Source: an uncultured Lachnospiraceae bacterium (GTDB lineage Bacteria > Bacillota > Clostridia > Lachnospirales > Lachnospiraceae). Taken from it: 64,000 bases of DNA. The notes under the pieces are model-generated. The model had not been told where the DNA came from, ran no database searches, and saw nothing but the letters and a program-made list of their open reading frames with translations. This document shows, one piece after another, positions 57,328-64,000 of this stretch (positions are counted from its first letter, which is position 1; each line of letters starts with the position of its first letter). Position numbers and translations under genes: made by a program. The DNA lies in the NCBI GenBank assembly GCA_947628955.1, contig CANRBX010000001.1:3931-67930 (forward strand), read 5' to 3'.

Positions 57328-59058
57328 TTACAGCTTGAACAGAGTGCTCAGGATCCCCCGGCCGAGGGACGCGCCGACATTGCCGCCGAGCCGTTTCCCG
57401 AAGGAACCGCCGATCGTCTTGCCCACCTGGTTGCCGAGCTCACGGCCAAGCGTGCCGATCGCGCTGTTCGCGACCTTGCCCACCTCAGATTTCAGCGCCC
57501 GCTCCCTGGCAGCGGCTTCCTTCTCAAGCGCCTTTTGCTGCGCCTCGAGTTCCTTCTGGCGTTTCTTTTCCTCTGCCTCGAGCTCCTTCTGGCGTCTCTT
57601 TTCCTCCGCTTCGAGCTCCTTCTGGCGCTGCTTTTCTGCTGCCGCTTCTTCCTTCTGGCGCTGCTTTTCCGCCGCCGCTTCTTCTTTCTGGCGCTGTTTC
57701 TCCGCTGCCGCTTCCTCCTTCCGGCGCTGTGCCTCCTCCGCGGCAGCCTGCGCCGCCTGTGCGTCTGTCAGCGCCTTCCTCTGCAGGAACTCATACGCGG
57801 AATCACGATCCTGCGCCTCTGCGTAGCGTGTGTACAGAAGGCTGCCTTTGATCCTGCTGTCCCTCTGCGCATCGTCGAGCGCGCCCATCTGGCTCTGCGG
57901 CGGCAGGATCCTGCAGCGCTTCACGACCGTCGGGACGCCGTCCTCGTCGAGCACGGACACCAGCGCCTCGCCGATGCCGAGCGCGAGCAGCGTTTCGTAC
58001 GTATCAAACTCCGGGTTCTCGCGGAACGACTGTGCCGCCGCCTTCGCCCCCTTCTGCTCGGCGGGCGTGTAGGCGTGCAGGGCATGCTGCACCTTGTTGC
58101 CGAGCTGGCCGAGCACCCCGTCCGGAATGTCGGACGGACTCTGCGTGATGAAATAAATGCCCACGCCCTTCGAGCGGATCAGTTTGACTACCTGCTCAAT
58201 CTTGCTCAGGAGCACCTTCGGGGCATCGTCAAACAGCAGATGCGCCTCGTCGAAGAAGAAGATCATCTTCGGCTTCTCGAGATCCCCGGCCTCCGGGAGC
58301 GTCTCGAACAGCTCCGACATCATCCAGAGCAGGAAGGTCGCGTACATCGTCGGATGAAGGATCAGCTCACGGCAGTCCAGCACCTGGACCGTGCCTCTGC
58401 CCGTATTGTCCGTGCAGAGCCAGTCCCCGATGTTCAGGGCAGGCTCGCCGAAAAACACATCCCCGCCTTCGGACTCCAGCGCCACAAGCGCTCTCGTGAT
58501 CGCGCCGAGGCTCTGCTTCGAGATGTTGCCGTATTTCAGAGTATATTCCTTCGCGTTTTCGCCCACATACTGCAGCATGGCGCGCAGATCCTTGGTATCG
58601 ATCAGCAGAAGCCCCTCGTCGTCCGCGATCTTAAACACGACCGTCAGGACGTCGGCCTGCGTGTCATTCAGATCCATGATGCGGCCCAGCAGAAGCGGCC
58701 CCATCTCAGAGATCGTCGTGCGCAGTGGAAGCCCGGCCCGGCCGTACACATCCCAGTAGCATGCCGGGTATGCGCGGAAATCAAACCCCATCTGCGCAAG
58801 CCCCATGCTCTTCACGCGCTCGTCCACATTCTCATTCGGGACGCCCGGGCTGCATATCCCCGCCAGGTCGCCCTTCACGTCAGCCAGAAATACCGGCACT
58901 CCGCAGTCGCTGAACGACTCGGCCAGCACCTTCAGCGTGACCGTCTTGCCGGTGCCGGTCGCCCCGGCGATCATCCCGTGGCGGTTCGCCATCTTCGGAT
59001 AAATACAGACCGGCTCGTCCCCCGATCTGCCCACCAGAATTTTGTTCTCCCAATACAT
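57328..59058 (-). CDS. HerA-like ATPase, DUF853/YjgR family
   Basis: NRHGMIAGATGTGKT, DVKGD, FFDEAH, RSKGVG; 33-bp repeat coiled coil near the C-terminus. Confidence 0.9.
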   Translation of the reverse strand: MYWENKILVGRSGDEPVCIYPKMANRHGMIAGATGTGKTVTLKVLAESFSDCGVPVFLADVKGDLAGICSPGVPNENVDERVKSMGLAQMGFDFRAYPACYWDVYGRAGLPLRTTISEMGPLLLGRIMDLNDTQADVLTVVFKIADDEGLLLIDTKDLRAMLQYVGENAKEYTLKYGNISKQSLGAITRALVALESEGGDVFFGEPALNIGDWLCTDNTGRGTVQVLDCRELILHPTMYATFLLWMMSELFETLPEAGDLEKPKMIFFFDEAHLLFDDAPKVLLSKIEQVVKLIRSKGVGIYFITQSPSDIPDGVLGQLGNKVQHALHAYTPAEQKGAKAAAQSFRENPEFDTYETLLALGIGEALVSVLDEDGVPTVVKRCRILPPQSQMGALDDAQRDSRIKGSLLYTRYAEAQDRDSAYEFLQRKALTDAQAAQAAAEEAQRRKEEAAAEKQRQKEEAAAEKQRQKEEAAAEKQRQKELEAEEKRRQKELEAEEKKRQKELEAQQKALEKEAAARERALKSEVGKVANSAIGTLGRELGNQVGKTIGGSFGKRLGGNVGASLGRGILSTLFKL

Positions 59059-59111
59059 ACTGCTTCCTCCTTCCAGACTTTCTCTGAATCTTTTTCCCGA
59101 ATATGTTCAGA

Positions 59112-59184
59112 ATGATGCCAAGGTCAAAAGTCATAAACCACGATGTGCCTGCGCAGAAGTGGTTTTATGACTTAATGATCCCGC
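59112..59184 (-). mobile_element. Right-end fragment of the MITE at 24382, overlapping the GH3 stop codon
   Basis: Reverse complement aligns with 24546..24617 (gtcattaagtcataaaaccact...tttgacc..ggcatcat). Confidence 0.82.
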
Positions 59185-60277
59185 GCCGCAGCTTCATGAC
59201 AAGAATCCGCTCCACGGAGGCATTGATCTGAGCCCTGCTGATCCCGCCGCGCAGGAATGCCTTCACCACCGCGTCGTACTGCGTTCTGTAGCTGGTCGCG
59301 CAGACCATATCGCTGCCGGCCTGAACGGCCTTTACCGCCGCCTTTTCGCTCCCGCCGACAAAAGAAGCCGCCCCGTCCATGCAGATATCGTCCGTAATGA
59401 TCACGCCCTCAAAGCCCATCGTCTCCCGCAGATAATCATGCACCTTCTTCGACAGGGACGCAGGCATGCTCCTGTCAAAGCAGTTCACGACATTGTGGCT
59501 GACCATGATCATGTCGCAGCCGGCCTCAATCCCGGCCGCAAACGGCTTCAGATCCCGCTTCTCAAACGCGCTTCTGGAGCGCGTGTCGCGGATCACCAGG
59601 GTGTGCGTATCGCCGTTCCCTCCGTAGCCCGGGAAATGCTTCAGCGTGCTGACAAGATCTTTCCCGTCCATCTCCTTCACTACCGTTTTTATGTATTTCG
59701 CGGTCATATCTGCATTCGTCGAAAAACTCCGCCGGTAAATAAAGTCTGACTGCCGGTAGGGAACGTCCGCCACGGGCGCCAGGTTCGTGTTGATCCCCAG
59801 TTTCTTCAGGAAGTCCGCTTTCTGCCGCGTATCCTCCCGGATCCCGCTCCAGCCGCCTTTTCGCCAGACCTCCTGCGGCGACGCGAATTTCCGGCTCCGG
59901 TAGCGGGCAAGTCCCGACACGCGGGTCACAGTGCCGCCCTCCTCGTCGACCGAGATCAGCGTCTTCACCTTCGAAGCCTTCTGGATACTCTGGATCAGCT
60001 TCTGCGCCTGATCCGGAGTCCGCCCGCTGAAATCATCCCTGAAAAAAACGTATCCGCCAAACTGGTAATTTTTCTGGACCTGGTCCGCCTGGCTTTTCGG
60101 CACCGCCACCATGAACATCTGCGCGATCTTTTCCTTCCATGTCATGGTCTTCATGATCGCTTTCGCCTGCTTCCTGTAATCCTTCCCTGCGGCCTGCGCC
60201 GGGATCGCATTTCCCAGAAGAAGGCCGATGCAGCACAGGACGGCTGCCGCCCTGCAGAAAATATGCATTCTCTTCAT
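59165..60277 (-). CDS. Secreted GH3 beta-N-acetylhexosaminidase-like protein
   Basis: Signal peptide, SVDEEGG.V.R, LAPVAD, KHFPGYG...DTH, IITDD. Confidence 0.9.
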   Translation of the reverse strand: MKRMHIFCRAAAVLCCIGLLLGNAIPAQAAGKDYRKQAKAIMKTMTWKEKIAQMFMVAVPKSQADQVQKNYQFGGYVFFRDDFSGRTPDQAQKLIQSIQKASKVKTLISVDEEGGTVTRVSGLARYRSRKFASPQEVWRKGGWSGIREDTRQKADFLKKLGINTNLAPVADVPYRQSDFIYRRSFSTNADMTAKYIKTVVKEMDGKDLVSTLKHFPGYGGNGDTHTLVIRDTRSRSAFEKRDLKPFAAGIEAGCDMIMVSHNVVNCFDRSMPASLSKKVHDYLRETMGFEGVIITDDICMDGAASFVGGSEKAAVKAVQAGSDMVCATSYRTQYDAVVKAFLRGGISRAQINASVERILVMKLRRGIIKS

Positions 60278-60425
60278 CTGCGCTCCCCTCCTGAAATACA
60301 GTATCCTCTAAATCAATGTTATGATATCGTTAAGCTTAATGCCATTGCCCTCTGAATACATCCTAAAACAGTTCCGCCGAAAAAGCAAGCATCTGTGTGC
60401 GGAAGGATCTTCCTGCCACATAAAA

Positions 60426-60563
60426 CATTATTCATTGGTTCACTCCGTGACCAATAACGAGCAGTTTGGGCATGCAAATTCGCTTTGCGAAGCCCAAACT
60501 GCTTCCTGAATTACTTTCTTACGGCCTCAGCAGCAAGTGCTTCGGCCTGGTCCGAACAGTAAC
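60426..60563. repeat. Palindromic dispersed element (three internal hairpins, ends gaacagtaac)
   Basis: Hairpins attggttcac-gtgaccaat, gcagtttgggc-gcccaaactgc, ggcc-ggcc; partial copy at 3285. Confidence 0.75.
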
Positions 60564-60570
60564 CGCAAGA

Positions 60571-60609
60571 CAGCTGGCGCCGGGGCTTTGAAAGCCCCGG
60601 CGCCAGCTG
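60571..60609 (-). terminator. Long GC hairpin downstream of the amino-acid binding protein gene
   Basis: cagctggcgccggggcttt-g-aaagccccggcgccagctg perfect inverted repeat. Confidence 0.7.
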
Positions 60610-60649
60610 CCTCAAGGGAAAAGATCATATGATTTTCTTTCGTAAGGTT

Positions 60650-61510
60650 TTACTCTGTCATGGCCTCTGCCGGAGTCAGCTCCGTCTCAGCCGCCGTCAG
60701 CTCGCTCTCGGCCTCTGCCGGAGCCGCAGCGACACCGTCCAGAACAACGATATCCGTCGCGCTGTATTTCTCGGCGATCGATGCCACCGTGCCGTTCTGC
60801 GCCAGGGTTGCAAGCGCCTCGTTCACCGTGTCCCTCATCTCCGTGTTGTCTGTGGCAAACGCAACGCCGCACAGGCCGTCCTCTTTCAGGGCCTCGGGAA
60901 GGATCTCATAGCCGCCCACGTTTCCCACATAGTATCTCGCAACACCGGCGTCCTCCACGATCGCGTCCACGTTGCCGTTGATCAGCGCCATGAACTCATT
61001 CGTCGTATTGGCAAACTGCCAGATCCGGTCAAACGTCGCGCCGAGCTCTGCCTGAGCCCCGCCCTCACTGATCAGATCCAGAGATGAGCTTCCGGACTGA
61101 ACGCCGACCACCTTGCCCGCCAGATCCGCCAGGCTGGCGATCCCGGAGTTCTCCTTCGTCAGAACCACCGTGCCGCTGTTCATATAAGGATCTGTCCACG
61201 CATAGCTGTCCTCACGGCCTGCAATCGCGTAGGCGCTCCAGATGCAGTCAATCTCGCCGGACGCCATCACGTCGTCCCTGGAATCCCACACGAGCGGAGC
61301 CGGTATGAACTCCCAGCCCTCCAGCTCGGCAACTGCCTTCGCCAGATCCACATCGAAGCCAGTGTACTCGCCGTCCTCATCCATAAAGCTGTACGGCGGG
61401 AACTCCGCGTCGAAGCCTACCTTGAAGGTTCCCGCCGCGAAGCACACGGTGGAAATGGCCATGGACGCGACTGCCGCGCAGACCGCCGCTGTCAGTAAAT
61501 TTCTCTTCAT
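60650..61510 (-). CDS. Amino-acid ABC transporter substrate-binding protein (family 3)
   Basis: VGFDAEFPPYSF, GFDVDLA, VGVQSGSS; AGGAGGT RBS. Confidence 0.9.
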   Translation of the reverse strand: MKRNLLTAAVCAAVASMAISTVCFAAGTFKVGFDAEFPPYSFMDEDGEYTGFDVDLAKAVAELEGWEFIPAPLVWDSRDDVMASGEIDCIWSAYAIAGREDSYAWTDPYMNSGTVVLTKENSGIASLADLAGKVVGVQSGSSSLDLISEGGAQAELGATFDRIWQFANTTNEFMALINGNVDAIVEDAGVARYYVGNVGGYEILPEALKEDGLCGVAFATDNTEMRDTVNEALATLAQNGTVASIAEKYSATDIVVLDGVAAAPAEAESELTAAETELTPAEAMTE

Positions 61511-61689
61511 CCCAAACACCTCCTGACGGAAACATCCCCCGGATGTCTCCTGTAATTTTGCTGTGAAAGCTCAGCGCACCTGCGCTGAATGCACAAAGCC
61601 GCCCCGCAGACCGGGCCCCCGAACGGCGCCCCGGAAATAATGTCTGAAAACAGGGCCGCTGCACGGGACTTTTTGCACAGCTTCGTGCG

Positions 61690-61728
61690 AGAGAAAGCCG
61701 CCCGGAGAGATTTCCAGGCGGCCTCTCT
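61690..61728 (-). terminator. Intrinsic terminator after the sugar-binding protein gene
   Basis: agagaggccgcctgg...ccgggcggctttctct on the minus strand. Confidence 0.65.
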
Positions 61729-61775
61729 TAATAAAAGATCAAAGGAAGAAAATATTCCGGTTATTTAGTTACCGA

Positions 61776-63407
61776 TTACTCTGCCTCTGCAGCCGCATAT
61801 GCATCGTAGTACTTCTGCTCGATCGCAAGGTACTCGCTCAGGCCATATGCCTCAAGGTCAGACTGGAACTGCTCCCAGTCGGCATCCGTGAAGCCGTTCA
61901 TGATCCAGTTGGATCTGGTAGAGTTGATCGTCTTGTTCAGGTCTGCCTCCAGGTTGGAGAGCTGCTCGGTGTCTTCCTGGCTCATGAACACATTCGGGAA
62001 TACGTTGTCGTTGTGCATCTCCGGTGTGTAGATGTCCTTGATCCAGTCAAGACGATACTGAGCGTCGTCCGGGCAGGTTACATATACGCCGTAGTACTCG
62101 TCGAGCACTGCCAGAGGTCCTGCTACGTTCTCAGCCTCACGAACCTCAACAGGAGAAGCGTCGCCCAGCGGAGCGTGCTGCAGCATCGGCTCGCCGTTCT
62201 CGTTCTCGCCAAGCTCGAAGATATCAAAGTCGTCGTCCTCACCGTAGGTACCCCAGTTGTTCTGCGGGGACTGGAACGGATCATACATCAGGTCGATCCA
62301 GCGGCAAACCATCTCCGGATCCTCGGCAACAGCCGTCACAACGCAGCGGCCGCGGTCGTAACCGCTCGTGAAGGAACCATTCTCCGGAGTGATGTTCTTC
62401 GTGTCAGCCTCAAGAGGAGGAAGCGGAGCCCAGCCTTCCAGAGTTGCGATGTTTCCTACGTCCCAGCTGAAGCATACGCCGTAACGTCCGGATTTACCCT
62501 TTGCTACGTAGGTGGACCAGTCCTGTGTGAAGGCTTCCGGATCGATCAGGCCCTCTGCATACAGCTCATGCAGCCATTCCATACCCTTCTTGAAGCCCTC
62601 TGTGGTAGCTGTGGAGATCACCTCTCCGTCGTTGGTCACAGCAATGTGTCTGCCCTGGTCGCAGTCGCCGTAGCCCTCGCCAAAGCCGTTGATCAGGATC
62701 GCCGGATCCTGGTTGCCGTCATTCACGATGCAGGACATCGGGATGATGTCGCCGTCGATGCCGAACTCTTCCTTGAGCTTGTCTGCATTGTCACGGAACG
62801 CGATCAGGACATCCTTGAACTCGTCCACGGTACCCGGCATCTCAAGGCCCAGGAAATCAAGCCATGCCGTGTTGATGAACGACATATCGCCGACAGCCTG
62901 GATGGCCGTCTTGCCGGAGCCGAGCTGCTCGATCCACGGGAAGGACCAGATATTGCCGTCTACATCCGTCGTCATTGCCTTGTACTCCGGGAACTTCTCA
63001 TATACCGCGCTCAGGTTCGGCATGATCTCCGGTGTGATGTAATCGTTGAGCGGGATGATCGCGCCGAAATCACCGTATCTGAGCAGATCGCTGTCTGAGA
63101 AACCTGCGGTGAAGATGAAATCCGTCAGGTTCTTCGGGCTGGACATCGTGGTCTGGATCTTCTCACCCCACTGGCTGTTCGGGATGGCGGTCCACTCGAT
63201 GTGCACGTTGGACTTCTCCTCAAGTCTCTTGAAGATGGTGCGGTTGTTCGGATCTGACTCCGTGCTGTCCGGATAGCTGATCAGGCCTGTCAGGGTGACA
63301 GTATCCTCAACCGGGAAGAAGTCCTCCGCCATGGCGGTCATACCGATGGACGCCACCATGCTGGCTGCCAGTGCAGCTGCGATCATGCTCTTTACTGATT
63401 TTCTCAT
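61776..63407 (-). CDS. Carbohydrate ABC transporter substrate-binding protein (LplA-like)
   Basis: Signal peptide, IIPLNDYI...MPNL, DGNIWSFP, LYAEGLIDPEAFTQD. Confidence 0.88.
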   Translation of the reverse strand: MRKSVKSMIAAALAASMVASIGMTAMAEDFFPVEDTVTLTGLISYPDSTESDPNNRTIFKRLEEKSNVHIEWTAIPNSQWGEKIQTTMSSPKNLTDFIFTAGFSDSDLLRYGDFGAIIPLNDYITPEIMPNLSAVYEKFPEYKAMTTDVDGNIWSFPWIEQLGSGKTAIQAVGDMSFINTAWLDFLGLEMPGTVDEFKDVLIAFRDNADKLKEEFGIDGDIIPMSCIVNDGNQDPAILINGFGEGYGDCDQGRHIAVTNDGEVISTATTEGFKKGMEWLHELYAEGLIDPEAFTQDWSTYVAKGKSGRYGVCFSWDVGNIATLEGWAPLPPLEADTKNITPENGSFTSGYDRGRCVVTAVAEDPEMVCRWIDLMYDPFQSPQNNWGTYGEDDDFDIFELGENENGEPMLQHAPLGDASPVEVREAENVAGPLAVLDEYYGVYVTCPDDAQYRLDWIKDIYTPEMHNDNVFPNVFMSQEDTEQLSNLEADLNKTINSTRSNWIMNGFTDADWEQFQSDLEAYGLSEYLAIEQKYYDAYAAAEAE

Positions 63408-63516
63408 TGCATAATCTCCTTTCTTGTTTGAAATGTGTTTTGTTTTATTATTGCTTAAAAATAAATCCCTACCTTATATTAATTCCGGACGGGCCCTGCC
63501 GCGGTCCCGCTGCCGG

Positions 63517-64000
63517 TTAACCCTTGATGGAACCTGCCATGATGCCGCTGTCGAAATACTTCTGGAAGAACGGGTACATCACGATCAGCGGAAGGCTGGA
63601 CACGATGATGGTCGCGTATTTCAGAAGCTCGGCGAGCTGTGCACGGGCCGCCGTACTCTGCATATCAGAGATCATGCCCGACTCCGGCTGGTTCTGGATC
63701 AGGATGGAACGAAGCACGAGCTGCAGGGGCTGCTTGTTCGCGTCGTTTAAGTAGATCAATGCGTCAAAGTAGCTGTTCCACATGCCGACGAACTGCCACA
63801 GCGCCAGCACCGCGATCACCGGCGTACATACCGGGAGCAGGATGCGGAAGAAGAACACGACCTCGGTCGCGCCGTCCACGCTGGCCGCCTCCTTCAGGTC
63901 ATTCGGGATGCCCTGATAGTACGTTCTCGCGATGATCATGTTCCAGACGCTGAATGCGCCCGGAAGGATGATCGCCCACATGCTGTCCAGAAGACCAAGG
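63517..64000 (-). CDS. Carbohydrate ABC transporter permease, 5' part beyond the window
   Basis: EAA motif LKEAASVDGA, WNSYF, YPFFQKYF...GSIKG. Confidence 0.92.
   Translation of the reverse strand, partial: LGLLDSMWAIILPGAFSVWNMIIARTYYQGIPNDLKEAASVDGATEVVFFFRILLPVCTPVIAVLALWQFVGMWNSYFDALIYLNDANKQPLQLVLRSILIQNQPESGMISDMQSTAARAQLAELLKYATIIVSSLPLIVMYPFFQKYFDSGIMAGSIKG

Noticed and set aside
61520-61690. Riboswitch or T-box upstream of the amino-acid binding protein
   Set aside because: Hairpins are present but I could not find conserved glycine, lysine, SAM or T-box motifs; an Rfam scan would settle it.

Overview
GC-rich Firmicute chromosome, Lachnospiraceae-like by gene content and synteny (inference). 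Bases 1-15.4 kb look like a defence/accessory island with many broken genes. It holds an AEP-primase/SF2-helicase fusion (runs off the left edge), a Schlafen/AlbA_2-HATPase-HTH protein and a decayed class IIC group II intron. It also holds an intact Rpn (PD-(D/E)XK) gene with a likely nested small gene, plus a deleted second copy; each copy is joined to the same AT-rich micro-repeat block. Next come a SauUSI-like PLD-helicase-DUF3427 gene with a Nudix partner and a coupled three-gene operon I cannot match to a named system: CbbX-like AAA+ ATPase, J-domain-like protein with HPA instead of HPD, and HIRAN protein. The rest is mostly housekeeping and metabolic: ptsI, murF, ddl, GH13, ftsH-hpt-tilS-spoIIE-divIC-yabQ-yabP-yabO-HU-mazG, pgm, cotS, chromate transporters, larB, an FGGY kinase, an EF-G-like GTPase-NYN fusion, a GGDEF protein, GH2, GH3, pdxST-pdxR and ABC binding proteins. 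This part also has a low-GC three-gene DUF4160-like islet, two dispersed MITE/REP-like families and many tandem-repeat expansions. No CRISPR array, rRNA or tRNA was recognised. Family calls come from reading motifs by eye, not from database searches.
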